This document shows positions 46,046-56,001 of a stretch of 64,000 nucleotides of DNA, piece by piece (position 1 is the first letter of the stretch; each line of letters starts with the position of its first letter). Made by a program: the position numbers and the translations under genes. Source of the stretch: Mogibacterium sp. (GTDB lineage: Bacteria > Bacillota > Clostridia > Peptostreptococcales > Anaerovoracaceae); assembly GCA_017512365.1 (NCBI GenBank), contig JAFWGQ010000001.1:30863-94862 (forward strand), written 5' to 3'. The notes below the pieces were generated by a model. The model saw nothing but the letters and a program-made list of their open reading frames with translations, did no database searches and was not told where the DNA came from.

Positions 46046-47314
46046 ATGGCTGACAATCAAAAAATGTGGGCAGAACTCGGAATGAACCTTGAGATGCACG
46101 ACATGCTCTGCGAAGTACTTCCGGGAGCTATCGGAGACGTATTCATGTCGCAGGAAAACAGGCCTGCAGCAATGGATTACTTCGACATGGTCCTCGCCGA
46201 TGTTCACGGACTGAGACCTTCCGAACTCGTGGAGTTCAGAAAGAACGGCGGCAAGGTATTCGGCACGTTCTGCGCTTATGTACCTGATGAAGTCATTTTC
46301 GCCGCAGGCGGAATCGCGACAGGTCTCTGCGCAGGCTCGCAGTTCTGGGTACCGGGAGGCGAGAGATATCTGCCTGCCAACACATGCCCGCTGATCAAGG
46401 CGATGCTCGGCGCGAGATTCGACAAGACATGCCCGTTCTACAGACTGGCTGATGTCTACATCGGAGAGACGACATGCGACGGCAAGAAGAAGGCTTACGA
46501 GATCCTCGCTACGGACGTTCCGCTGCACGTGATGGATCTTCCACAGATGAAGAGAGACAGGGATTATGTAAAGTGGGCTGACGAGATCAAAGATCTCATC
46601 AAGGTCGTGGAGAAGGTAACGGGCAACAGGGTCACAGAGGCTGCCCTGGCTGAGAACATCAGGAAGATCAACGCCAAGAGAGCTGCTCTCGAGAGACTGT
46701 ATAAGCTCAGAAGGAATGAGTGCGTTCCTATCTCCGGTACAGACACACTGCTGATCAGCCAGATTGCATACTATGATGATCCGGAGAGATTCGCGGCTCA
46801 GGTCAACAGACTGTGCGACGAGCTCGAGCAGAGAGTAAAGGACGGCGTAAGCGTTGCTGACGGAAAGAAGAGGATCCTAATCACAGGTACTCCGATGGCT
46901 ATTCCTAACTGGAAGATGCACAACCTCGTTGAAACGAGCGGCGGCGTAGTAGTCTGCGAAGAGACATGCACAGGCACAAGATACTTCGAGAACCAGGTAG
47001 ACGAGAGCGGCAAGACTCTCGACGAGATGGTACAGAACATCGCCAACAGATACATGAGCATCAACTGCGCATGCTTCACACCGAACACTGCAAGAGCTGA
47101 CGATGTCATCAGACTCGCAAAGGACAGCAAGGCCGACGGAGTCATCGACGTCAACCTCATGTTCTGCCAGACATACGACATCGAGGGAAGAAGCCTCGAA
47201 GAGAGATGCAAGGCAGAGGGCATCCCGTTCCTCGGACTCGAGACTGACTACACGGACAACGACGCTCAGCAGCTCAAGACAAGGATCGGCGCATTCATCG
47301 AAATGCTCGGTTGA
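46046..47314 (+). CDS. 2-hydroxyacyl-CoA dehydratase-family protein (double-cubane-cluster reductase-like)
   Basis: 422 aa with multiple conserved-looking Cys (TCPLIKA, GETTCDGKKK, CEETCTG). A HgdC-type activase lies in the same operon. Confidence 0.7.
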   Translation: MADNQKMWAELGMNLEMHDMLCEVLPGAIGDVFMSQENRPAAMDYFDMVLADVHGLRPSELVEFRKNGGKVFGTFCAYVPDEVIFAAGGIATGLCAGSQFWVPGGERYLPANTCPLIKAMLGARFDKTCPFYRLADVYIGETTCDGKKKAYEILATDVPLHVMDLPQMKRDRDYVKWADEIKDLIKVVEKVTGNRVTEAALAENIRKINAKRAALERLYKLRRNECVPISGTDTLLISQIAYYDDPERFAAQVNRLCDELEQRVKDGVSVADGKKRILITGTPMAIPNWKMHNLVETSGGVVVCEETCTGTRYFENQVDESGKTLDEMVQNIANRYMSINCACFTPNTARADDVIRLAKDSKADGVIDVNLMFCQTYDIEGRSLEERCKAEGIPFLGLETDYTDNDAQQLKTRIGAFIEMLG

Positions 47315-47400
47315 TGCAGACACTTGCATGCAGACTGCGGCAGGTATTACAATATGGGGCGGAACTTTTCCGCCCCATGATTATTAGAGGAGCCATCTGA

Positions 47401-47664
47401 ATGGCAGAATACTTACACTACTACATCCTATTTCAGAATCATACGGATGCGACCGCGATGTACAGAGCGCTGAAGGGAAGGGGAATGTACGCCCAGATCA
47501 GCCCGACTCCGAGGGAGCTCAGCGTGTGCTGCGGCGTGTCGCTTCTGGTGCATGGAGAGGACGTTGACAGGATAAAGGAGATCGCGGAGCAAGACCGTCT
47601 GGCGTATCTCTCGATCAGCGGTCTCAACAACACATTCGACAACGCGAGGCATAAATATGGCTAG
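47401..47664 (+). CDS. DUF3343-like small protein
   Basis: 87 aa with the pattern YILFQNHTDATAMYRALKGRGMYAQISPTPRELSVCCG, typical of DUF3343. It lies between the dehydratase-like gene and the activase. Confidence 0.6.
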   Translation: MAEYLHYYILFQNHTDATAMYRALKGRGMYAQISPTPRELSVCCGVSLLVHGEDVDRIKEIAEQDRLAYLSISGLNNTFDNARHKYG

Positions 47665-48424
47665 AAAATTCATAGGGATAGATATAGGTTCGACCGCTTC
47701 CAAGGTATGCATACTCGAAGAGGGCAAAGAGAATGTTTACGAGGTGCTGCCTACCGGGTGGAACAGCAAGATCACGGCAGGCATCATCAGGGAGGACCTC
47801 GAGAAAAAATACAGCGACCTTTCAGATGCCGGCATAGTCGCTACCGGCTACGGCAGGATCAGCGTCGAGTACGCCGATGAGGTCATCACGGAGATCACAT
47901 GTCACGGCAGGGGCGGCTATGAGATGATAGGCCGCGACTGCACCATCATCGATATAGGCGGGCAGGACACAAAGTACATCAACGTGGTGAACGGCAGGCC
48001 GGTGGACTTTCTGATGAACGACAAGTGCGCCGCCGGTACGGGCAAGTTCATTGAAGTCATGGCCAACAGGCTCGGACTCACCATAGAGGAGCTCTTCGAG
48101 CTGGCACAGGTGGGTGATCCTATCCCGATCAGTTCGCTCTGTACGGTTTTCGCGGAGTCAGAGGTCATCAACTATATGGGCGAGGGCAGGAGCCGCGAGG
48201 ACCTCGCGGCGGGAGTCATAGACTCGGTAGCTCTCAAGGTGACGACGCTCGTCCAGAGAAAGGAGCTGCAGGATACCGTCATTATTACGGGGGGCTTCAG
48301 CGACAATGAATTCTTTGCGGGCCTGCTGTCAAAAAAACTGGGCCAGACGGCTCACGCGATGCCGCTAGGCAGGTATGCCGGAGCGTACGGCGCCGCGCTT
48401 CTTGCAAGGGACCACAGCCGGTAG
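47657..48424 (+). CDS. Acyl-CoA dehydratase activase (BcrAD/BadFG/HgdC ATPase family)
   Basis: GIDIGSTASK, IIDIGGQDTK and DKCAAGTGKF motifs, 255 aa. Confidence 0.9.
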   Translation: MARKFIGIDIGSTASKVCILEEGKENVYEVLPTGWNSKITAGIIREDLEKKYSDLSDAGIVATGYGRISVEYADEVITEITCHGRGGYEMIGRDCTIIDIGGQDTKYINVVNGRPVDFLMNDKCAAGTGKFIEVMANRLGLTIEELFELAQVGDPIPISSLCTVFAESEVINYMGEGRSREDLAAGVIDSVALKVTTLVQRKELQDTVIITGGFSDNEFFAGLLSKKLGQTAHAMPLGRYAGAYGAALLARDHSR

Positions 48425-48429
48425 AGACG

Positions 48430-49422
48430 TCAGATGCCCATCTTCTTCTCGAAGTCCTGCTTCAGGCTGTATCCGTCAGGATGATGCGCCCTGAAGTTGA
48501 AGAACGGGTGAGACGGGTATTCGTTTCCCTCGATCATCTCAAGGCCGTAATCAGTGACCGCGATATCCCATCCGACGTAGCGGACCTGGGGAACGACCAT
48601 CGCCGCCTCCAGAACAAGACTCTTTATCTCGTCAAAGTGCGGGATCTTAAAGCCGACTATAGGCACCCCGGTGACCGGGTGGGTATCGTAGATGTTGTTC
48701 TCGCCGTCGACAGCAGGATACTCTACGACGCCGGTCTCGATGTTGATCGGACATACCATGCCGCCTCCGCAGAAGTTGTCAACGACGCCGCCTCTGCCTA
48801 TCCTGAGATATGCCGCGAGCATGACGGCTTCGCCGTCTCTGACGAAGGTCAGCGGCCTGATGGTGTTGACGCTTGTAGGGTTGAGCTCGGCGATCTCTCT
48901 GCACTGGACTATGGCCTCTTCCACGAGGCAAGGGATCCTGCTGCGCACGCGCTCGTAAGTACCGTCCTTCACCTCGAGCTTTTCGACTCCTTCGCCTCCG
49001 GAGCCGTCGACCGGCTTCACTATGATCACGTCCTTGTCCTTTACGAAATCATTGTATGCCTCGCGTGAAAGGACGCCGTCGATATACATCCAGTCGCGCC
49101 TGATGAAGCGGCTGAATTTTTTGTTGAACTCTGCCTTGCTCTGGAAGAAACAGCTATACTGCGGATCGTTGAATCTCGCGACGAAGCTGTTGCTTACGCC
49201 CGAAGTGATGACACTTTCGCGCTGGCTGCGGTCGAGGCTGTACATCTCCGCCTGAAGGTAATCGGTGTGGCCGGCGGAATACCTGAAGCCGCAGTAAACT
49301 ATATCGGCAAATAAAAGAGGGTAAGGCTTGCCGCTCCTTTCATGAGCTGTTCTGACAGTCCTGAAAAGATTGGCGTAATCCATTCCCGCGATCTTTTTTA
49401 CCAGAAACATTGCCTTGTTCAT
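48430..49422 (-). CDS. ATP-grasp-family protein (sugar-transfer-associated ATP-grasp-like)
   Basis: 330 aa with IIVKPVDGSGGEGV and a C-terminal ATP-grasp fold pattern. A strong RBS (GAAGGAAG) lies upstream. It is the last gene of the minus-strand murT-gatD operon. Confidence 0.65.
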   Translation of the reverse strand: MNKAMFLVKKIAGMDYANLFRTVRTAHERSGKPYPLLFADIVYCGFRYSAGHTDYLQAEMYSLDRSQRESVITSGVSNSFVARFNDPQYSCFFQSKAEFNKKFSRFIRRDWMYIDGVLSREAYNDFVKDKDVIIVKPVDGSGGEGVEKLEVKDGTYERVRSRIPCLVEEAIVQCREIAELNPTSVNTIRPLTFVRDGEAVMLAAYLRIGRGGVVDNFCGGGMVCPINIETGVVEYPAVDGENNIYDTHPVTGVPIVGFKIPHFDEIKSLVLEAAMVVPQVRYVGWDIAVTDYGLEMIEGNEYPSHPFFNFRAHHPDGYSLKQDFEKKMGI

Positions 49423-49443
49423 GTCTGCTTCCTTCTTTTCTTT

Positions 49444-50154
49444 CTATCTTTCCAGCAGAGCCTTGAGGGTGACCTCGTAGGCTTTCTCCGCTGATCCGTG
49501 TTCGATCTTTTTATATTTATCGCCGCACAGATCCCTGAGGTACATGTCCATCATGTGCGGGTTCTTGACAAGCAGCGGCCCGATCAGCTCGGTGCCGAAG
49601 AAATTCCTGTAACGGAAGCCCTCGGAGTCCGCGCCCTCCGAATTGCCCGGTCCCAGCAGCAGCCTGGTGAATAGGGGAGTCTCTGCGTCCGTCACGCTGC
49701 CGCATTTGTTGACGAAGCCCACGACCGGCCTGTCGAGAAGCTCCGTTTCGGCGACGATATCGTGCGTGACTCTCGTATCGACCTCCGAAGTGACATATCC
49801 GAAAATACCGAGGCCTTCCCTATCCTCGCCGTCGACCGTGTGTATCGCTTTGCCGAGCATCTCCCATGAGTTGCCGGTGAAGAGGACGTGCGTGCCGTTT
49901 TCGATTTCTTTTTTAAGAGCGTCCTTTTCGGCCATCAGAAGTCCGAGCGCCTTGTCGCGCTTTTTCTCCGTGCCCGCGCCGCAGTATATGAAATCGTAGG
50001 CTGTACCGTCAAAGAGAACATCGCCCGCGCTCCTGCTGTCTACAGAGACATCCATCCCGAGCTCCGCGAGCCTTTTCTGCAGCATGACCACGTTGCCGTA
50101 GTCGCCGTAGAGGTTCATAAGATCATGAAACAAATGAAGTATCTTTATGCTCAA
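49444..50154 (-). CDS. gatD: Glutamine amidotransferase GatD (lipid II isoglutaminyl synthase subunit)
   Basis: The N-terminus IKILHLFHDLMNLYGDYGN is typical of GatD, and it has a CobB/CobQ-like GATase domain. TTG 50154 lies 7 nt after GGAGAG, and the ORF-track start is 50169. Confidence 0.8.
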   Translation of the reverse strand: MSIKILHLFHDLMNLYGDYGNVVMLQKRLAELGMDVSVDSRSAGDVLFDGTAYDFIYCGAGTEKKRDKALGLLMAEKDALKKEIENGTHVLFTGNSWEMLGKAIHTVDGEDREGLGIFGYVTSEVDTRVTHDIVAETELLDRPVVGFVNKCGSVTDAETPLFTRLLLGPGNSEGADSEGFRYRNFFGTELIGPLLVKNPHMMDMYLRDLCGDKYKKIEHGSAEKAYEVTLKALLER

Positions 50155-50158
50155 TCCG

Positions 50159-51505
50159 CTACTCTCCAATCTCTTCGACTTCCCTGAGTGCCCTGAATTT
50201 TATCTGATCGACGAAGCATGTCATGACGTAGAAGCACTCCGTGTCTGATCCGCCCATGATGCGGGCCGCTTCGCCGAGGTCCTCGCATACGACGATGCGG
50301 TCCTTCGGTATGTCCGTCACCTCGAACCTCGTATCCAGATCCCAGCAGTACAGCCCGGCCAGGATTATCTGTTTTACCTGAGGGACGTTCAGCTTTTCGA
50401 AGTCGATGTCCCAGATCCATGAGGTCTCGCTCGTGAAGTACTTGCGGCTGATCTCGTCGACTATCACCATGACCGAACTGGTCCTTTTATCCCTGGCGGC
50501 AGTCTCTATCGCCCTGTCGTACGCTACCGAATTCTCATGCTTTGAAACGAGCAGGTATCCCGGCTTGCCGTTCACGCGGAAGCTTTCGACGCGCTTGCTG
50601 TGCGAGATGAAGCCCTCCATGGCTTCAATGATCTTTTCAGGCGCGACGCCGGCCTTCTCGCAGGCAGCGAACGCGGCCAGGGTATTGTAGCAGTACGCTA
50701 TGTTGCTGAACGGCAGATGCACTTTGTATTTGCCGTTGATCGTTATCTGCTGCGCGTCATAGTCTGCGTCCGTGATCGTGACATCCGTGTCCGGACGATG
50801 GAAGCCGCATTCAGTGCAGCGGTACTTTCCTGCATGGTTGTAGTGGAAGTACTCGTATTCCATCCTGCCTCCGCAGGCAGGGCAGAACGCGCCGTCATTG
50901 TAGCGCGTGGTGTTGGTTTCCGTATCCTCATCCAGGTGGTCGGCGCCGAACCAGGTCACCTTGTCACGCCCGAATCCGTAGTCCGCTATCTGCGGATCGT
51001 CGGCGTTGAGAATAAGGTGCATGTCGTCGTATATGCTCTCCCTTATCACCCGGTGCGCCCACTCGGGATGTCCGTTCCTGGTCATCTGGTCGCGGTAGAG
51101 ATTCGTGATGACGTAATATTTCGGGTGGAAAAATCTGAAAGTGTGGCGCGCGAAACGCTCATCGCTTTCGATCAGCACGACATCGCTCCTGACCCTGCCG
51201 TTCGGAGTGCAGTCGCACAGAAGGCATGTCGCCACGCCTTCAGTCTGGTTCGATCCCGCCTTGTTCCACGCAACGGACAGTCCGTTCTCGGTCAGGATGT
51301 GCGCTATCATCTCGACGGTCGATGTCTTGCCATTGGACCCGGTAACGGCGATCACCGTTTCCGGCAGTTTGATGCGCGAGAGGATGTCCGGGCACAGCCT
51401 GAGAGCCAGACTGCCCGGCATGCTGCTGCCTCGTCCCGCAAGCGAACCTATTTTATTTGCTGTTTTGCAGAGCGCGATCGCGCTTCTCATCCTTGCTCCT
51501 GCCAT
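50159..51505 (-). CDS. murT: Mur-ligase-family protein MurT (lipid II isoglutaminyl synthase subunit)
   Basis: VTGSNGKTST P-loop, a Cys4 ribbon (CPACGG...CTECG) and a DUF1727-like C-terminus. ATG 51505 was chosen because the longer ORF would overlap the upstream gene. Confidence 0.85.
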   Translation of the reverse strand: MAGARMRSAIALCKTANKIGSLAGRGSSMPGSLALRLCPDILSRIKLPETVIAVTGSNGKTSTVEMIAHILTENGLSVAWNKAGSNQTEGVATCLLCDCTPNGRVRSDVVLIESDERFARHTFRFFHPKYYVITNLYRDQMTRNGHPEWAHRVIRESIYDDMHLILNADDPQIADYGFGRDKVTWFGADHLDEDTETNTTRYNDGAFCPACGGRMEYEYFHYNHAGKYRCTECGFHRPDTDVTITDADYDAQQITINGKYKVHLPFSNIAYCYNTLAAFAACEKAGVAPEKIIEAMEGFISHSKRVESFRVNGKPGYLLVSKHENSVAYDRAIETAARDKRTSSVMVIVDEISRKYFTSETSWIWDIDFEKLNVPQVKQIILAGLYCWDLDTRFEVTDIPKDRIVVCEDLGEAARIMGGSDTECFYVMTCFVDQIKFRALREVEEIGE

Positions 51506-51594
51506 AAAACAGTTCTCCGATCTATTGTGAATATAACAATCCCATTCTACAGCAAATCCCGGGGACTTGCCACAGCAAAGGCGCGAAAGCCTCT

Positions 51595-52233
51595 TCAGGA
51601 GACTATGTGTCCGTAGCCGCTGATGACCGGGTCGCTGACAGCATAACGCTTCTGCCGGCAAAGATCCGAGGAATTGCCTTCCACGGTAAAGACAAGGTCA
51701 TCGATGACCGCAGTGACTACGCCGACATGATCGAGCACTCCGTCTCTGTCCCAGTCAAAAAAGATCAGATCGCCCGATGAAGGCGTTCCTCCGCCTTTGA
51801 TCCACTGATCTTTGTTCTCGAACCACGATGCCCCGTCTCCGACCATGGCGAACTTAGGCGCCTTGCCTGACTCCAGCAGACCGCAGCGGTCTTCGCACCA
51901 CGACGCGAAGCAGGCGCACCATTCGACGCGGTAGTCGAAGTCATACCATGACCAGTACGGCTCGCCGCCCTCGTTCCCGAGCTGTGACACCGCGGTGTCC
52001 ACCATCGGAACATCGGTGTCAGCCGTGCTGACAGCTTCTCTTGTCGTGGCGGAATACAGGCCGCTTCCGGCGAGCCGGCCGAGTCCGAGCCCGATGTTCG
52101 CAGCGAGCAGAACGGAGATCACGGCGGCGATGCAGCGGCGCCTGAAAGCGTCGCGTTTCTTCCTTGCGCGTATCTGTGCTCTTATCTCATCATCATTCAT
52201 ATATCTTGTGTCATTTTTTTCCATCGTATACAC
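51595..52233 (-). CDS. Membrane-anchored CHAP/NlpC-P60-like cell-wall hydrolase
   Basis: TM anchor, then WCACFASWC (catalytic Cys) and GDLIFFDWDRDGVLDHVGVV (His). The start is uncertain (52233 GTG or 52224 ATG). Confidence 0.7.
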   Translation of the reverse strand: MYTMEKNDTRYMNDDEIRAQIRARKKRDAFRRRCIAAVISVLLAANIGLGLGRLAGSGLYSATTREAVSTADTDVPMVDTAVSQLGNEGGEPYWSWYDFDYRVEWCACFASWCEDRCGLLESGKAPKFAMVGDGASWFENKDQWIKGGGTPSSGDLIFFDWDRDGVLDHVGVVTAVIDDLVFTVEGNSSDLCRQKRYAVSDPVISGYGHIVS

Positions 52234-52300
52234 TATACAGCATTAGACAAGCAAGGACAAATGCTATATTATTAATTTCAGAAAAAACAGGAGCAAATCA

Positions 52301-52903
52301 TTGAACGCAGGGAAAAAAGGTCAAAACAGAGGCGTTAGGATATTCATGCTGTTTCTGGCAGCACTCTTTGTGTGCACCTTTGTTTTCAACGCGGTCAGGA
52401 CATATAAGACGAAACTGAAGGAAGAAACGTTCGATCAGGTAGATTTCTACAGCATGGCGGAATTCTCATCGGAGAATTCCGAAGAGGTCATAAAAGCGCT
52501 GAGATCGGGCAACATGAAAAAGCTTACCAAACTGGTCGGAGACGAAGCGGGAGCCGAAGAGGTGATGGGATTCGCAGACTGGAGAAGCGCGAATTTCGAT
52601 ACTGCGGTATCCTATGGAGCCGGCAGCCTCAGCACGGCGGCGGACAAAAAAGGAAGGATAGAGGTCGCCGAAAGGATAGTCGTTCAGGCCGGCGAGACGA
52701 AGTACATGTTCTACATAGAGACCCTGACCTCGAGGTGGGGCAGGAAAAACGAAGGCGTGGACGCTGTGGGAGTGACGACATACTCTCATTACAAAGACCT
52801 CGATTCTAACTGGAGCGGAGAGAAGGACGAGGAGAGCGCCCTTGCCGGGACGCTGTTCCGTGACAGCAGCGGCGAAGAACAGCGCGGAGACCAGGAGGAA
52901 TAG
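52301..52903 (+). CDS. Hypothetical membrane-anchored protein
   Basis: TTG start 8 nt after GGAG, an N-terminal TM helix and an acidic C-terminus. No family recognised. Confidence 0.5.
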   Translation: MNAGKKGQNRGVRIFMLFLAALFVCTFVFNAVRTYKTKLKEETFDQVDFYSMAEFSSENSEEVIKALRSGNMKKLTKLVGDEAGAEEVMGFADWRSANFDTAVSYGAGSLSTAADKKGRIEVAERIVVQAGETKYMFYIETLTSRWGRKNEGVDAVGVTTYSHYKDLDSNWSGEKDEESALAGTLFRDSSGEEQRGDQEE

Positions 52904-52915
52904 CGGAGGAGCCAG

Positions 52916-54283
52916 ATGTTCAAGAAATTCAAAGACAGCCCATATACCAAGGCGGGAGTGGTGCTGGTTTTGTGCGGAGCGGTGCTCATCGTCTTCCACG
53001 ACTGGATAAGCAGGAATCAGTTCTCCGTCGGATATGAAAAGATCAACAGTACGCTCGCGCCTGTATATATCGGGATCATACTGGCGTTCATACTCTGCCC
53101 CGTTTACAATGCCTGCGTAAAATATCTGTACGCGAAGATGGTGGAAAGCGCGCAGAGACCGGGGTTCTCGGTAGGAGCCACACTCGTGCATGATGACAGA
53201 CGTGCGCTTACAGTGGACAGTGAAGAAAGGTGCAAGCTGTTCAAGGCGGCAAGAGCATTTGCCTCGGCGGTGTGCATAGTCCTGGTGGTGGGCCTTTCAG
53301 GCCTGCTCGTCTATTTCGTGGTGCCTCAGCTCGTCCAGACGATCATCGAGCTGGTGAACACACTGCCTCAGAGACTCAATTCGCTGTCTGCATGGCTGGA
53401 GGTGCATGTATCTCACTTCCCTGTGCTCGCCAGGTGGGTCAACAACGTGGCCAACGCCGGAGCGTCCGACATCATCAAGTGGGCGCAGGAGCATATCCTT
53501 GACGGCAACGCCATGAACATAGCCAACATGATCTCGTCCGGAGTCACGACCGCGGTGAAGTATGTTCTGAACGCCGTCATCGGACTCCTGATAATGATCT
53601 ATCTGCTCAACTACAAGGAAAAGCTCTTTGCCATCTGCCGCAAGATCGTCGCAGCCACATGCGGCCAGAAGAGAAGGGACAGGCTTTACGAATTTGCCGG
53701 CATCGTCAACGAGACCTTTATCGGCTTCATCGTAGGCCGTATCATCGACTCCTTCATTATCGGAGTCCTTACATACATAGTGCTCAAGATCGCGGACATA
53801 CCGTTCGCGCTGATGATCAGCGTCATAGTCGGCGTCACGAATATCATACCGTTCTTCGGACCGTTCATAGGAGCCGTTCCGTCGATCATACTGCTGCTGA
53901 CCGAGGATCCGATGGATGCTCTGTACTTTGCGATCATAATACTTATCATCCAGCAGATAGACGGCAACATCATAGGACCTAAGGTCATGGGTAACGCGAT
54001 CGGCATAAGCAGCTTCTGGGTGCTGATCGCCGTGCTGGTAGGAGGCGGGCTCTTCGGCTTCGGCGGCATGGTATTGGGAGTCCCTGTGTTCGCGGTGATC
54101 TACAGGTATATCGACAAGCTGACGATCAGACAGCTCAAGCAGAGGGAGAAACCCACGGCCACCTCGGACTACGTCAGCCTTGAAGCCTACGGCATAGATG
54201 AAAAGGAGATCGCGGCGGATCCCGTGCAGAAAAAGAGCGAGCCGGTGATCAGAAAAATCAGAAAGAGAAAGAAAAAGGAATGA
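52916..54283 (+). CDS. AI-2E family transporter (PerM-like)
   Basis: Polytopic, with the conserved C-terminal blocks NIIPFFGPFIGAVP and QQIDGNIIGPKVMG. Confidence 0.8.
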   Translation: MFKKFKDSPYTKAGVVLVLCGAVLIVFHDWISRNQFSVGYEKINSTLAPVYIGIILAFILCPVYNACVKYLYAKMVESAQRPGFSVGATLVHDDRRALTVDSEERCKLFKAARAFASAVCIVLVVGLSGLLVYFVVPQLVQTIIELVNTLPQRLNSLSAWLEVHVSHFPVLARWVNNVANAGASDIIKWAQEHILDGNAMNIANMISSGVTTAVKYVLNAVIGLLIMIYLLNYKEKLFAICRKIVAATCGQKRRDRLYEFAGIVNETFIGFIVGRIIDSFIIGVLTYIVLKIADIPFALMISVIVGVTNIIPFFGPFIGAVPSIILLLTEDPMDALYFAIIILIIQQIDGNIIGPKVMGNAIGISSFWVLIAVLVGGGLFGFGGMVLGVPVFAVIYRYIDKLTIRQLKQREKPTATSDYVSLEAYGIDEKEIAADPVQKKSEPVIRKIRKRKKKE

Positions 54284-55218
54284 TACCAAAAGAAGTCTCA
54301 GAGGCAATAAAATCAATAAGCGGGATCATACCCGGAGACAGAGTGCTGAGGGATGAGCCGATGAGCGCGCATACATCCTTCCGCATAGGAGGACCGGCGG
54401 CTGCCTTTGTTGTGACTGAAAACGAAGAGGAACTGTCCGCTGTGCTCGGCATGCTTTCGGAAACAGGGGCGGAGCATCTTCTCGTGGGCAACGGATCCAA
54501 CATCCTCGTTGCCGATGAGGGCTATCCGGGCGTGATAGTCAGGCTTTCGGGAGATTTCGAGAGCATAGAGCAGGATGAGGACGACCCGTGCCTGGTGCGC
54601 GTGGGGGCCGCGAGGCTAATGTCATCGACCAGCGCTTTTCTGACCGGGAAAGGCCTTGCGGGATTTGAGTTCGCGAGCGGCATACCGGGCAGCATAGGCG
54701 GAGCCGTCTTCATGGACGCGGGCGCGTACGGAGGCGAGATGAAGGATGTCGTCGAAAGCGTGAGGGTCATGAACGCGGACGGGACCGGACTTCGGACTCT
54801 GAGCAACGACGAGATGGAATTCTCGTACAGGCACAGCGTCGCGGAGGACAGCGGCATGGTAATACTCTCGGCTCTTCTGAGGCTCGCAAAAGACGACCCT
54901 GAGGCGATAGCCGCGAGGGTCTCGGAGCTTGCGGCAAAGAGGAATTCCAGACAGCCGGTGAACTATCCGAGCGCGGGCAGCACCTTCAAAAGGCCCGTCG
55001 GAGGCTACGCTGCGGCTCTGATAGAGGAGTCCGGACTAAAGGGCTACAGGGTCGGCGGCGCCGAGGTTTCCGAAAAGCACTCCGGATTTGTAATAAATAC
55101 CGGCGGCGCTACGGCTGAGGATGTGCTGGCCGTAATGAGACATGTAAGAGAAAAGGTATATGAGGACTCGGGCATAATGCTCGAACCGGAGGTCAGGCTG
55201 ATAAACTGCAGCCTGTGA
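54280..55218 (+). CDS. murB: UDP-N-acetylenolpyruvoylglucosamine reductase MurB
   Basis: MSAHTSFRIGGPA, GNGSNILV, GIPGSIGGAVFMDAGAYG, AGSTFKRP and SEKHSGFVIN blocks. Confidence 0.9.
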   Translation: MIPKEVSEAIKSISGIIPGDRVLRDEPMSAHTSFRIGGPAAAFVVTENEEELSAVLGMLSETGAEHLLVGNGSNILVADEGYPGVIVRLSGDFESIEQDEDDPCLVRVGAARLMSSTSAFLTGKGLAGFEFASGIPGSIGGAVFMDAGAYGGEMKDVVESVRVMNADGTGLRTLSNDEMEFSYRHSVAEDSGMVILSALLRLAKDDPEAIAARVSELAAKRNSRQPVNYPSAGSTFKRPVGGYAAALIEESGLKGYRVGGAEVSEKHSGFVINTGGATAEDVLAVMRHVREKVYEDSGIMLEPEVRLINCSL

Positions 55219-55985
55219 TGCTTATGACACTTGAAGAGATAAAAAAGAAATACAGACTGACAAGAGACAACCACACTCATACGATCTACTCGAGAGTGGG
55301 GCCGTACCTGCACGGCAAGGGCAGGATAATCGACAACGCCCGCGCAGCGGTAAGCAGAGGACTTGATCTGGTGGCGATCACCGATCACGGCCCGACGGAT
55401 TTTTACGGGCTCAGCATGAAGGATCTGCCGCAGATGAGAGCGGATATCGCGGAGGCTCTGAAGGAGCTGTCGGGTCTTGAGATAAAGCTGGGCGTCGAGG
55501 CGGATATCGTCGATACGCCGAACGGGCTCGATGTCCCGCCGGAGGATTTCGACAGATTCGACTTTGTAAATGCGGGATATCACTATGTGCCTAACTGCCG
55601 CATGATCGCCAACTGGCTGTCGTTCCGTCTGCCATGCCCGGGATACGTAAAGGAAAGACTGAGAAAGCAGAACACGGAGCGCATAATCAGGGCGCTCAGG
55701 AGCAACGACATATACATACTGACTCACCCCGGCGACAAGGCGTACATAGACGAGCACGCCGTCGCAAAGGCCTGCGAAGAGACCGGCACGCTGGTCGAGA
55801 TAAACGCGAGGCACAGGCATCCTGACAGGGATGACCTGCAGATATATAAGACGTACGATGTGAAGTTCGCCATTTCGAGCGACGCCCATAAGCCGGAGCA
55901 CGTGGGCAGATACGCCGAAAGCATGGCGCTGGCGCTTGACGCCGGCATCGATCCGGCAAGGATAGTCAACATAGAAGAGAGATAG
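55218..55985 (+). CDS. PHP-domain phosphoesterase
   Basis: HTHTIYS, AITDHGP, HPGD and SSDAH metal-ligand motifs. Confidence 0.75.
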   Translation: MLMTLEEIKKKYRLTRDNHTHTIYSRVGPYLHGKGRIIDNARAAVSRGLDLVAITDHGPTDFYGLSMKDLPQMRADIAEALKELSGLEIKLGVEADIVDTPNGLDVPPEDFDRFDFVNAGYHYVPNCRMIANWLSFRLPCPGYVKERLRKQNTERIIRALRSNDIYILTHPGDKAYIDEHAVAKACEETGTLVEINARHRHPDRDDLQIYKTYDVKFAISSDAHKPEHVGRYAESMALALDAGIDPARIVNIEER

Positions 55986-56001
55986 CAGAAAGGAAGCAGC
56001 G

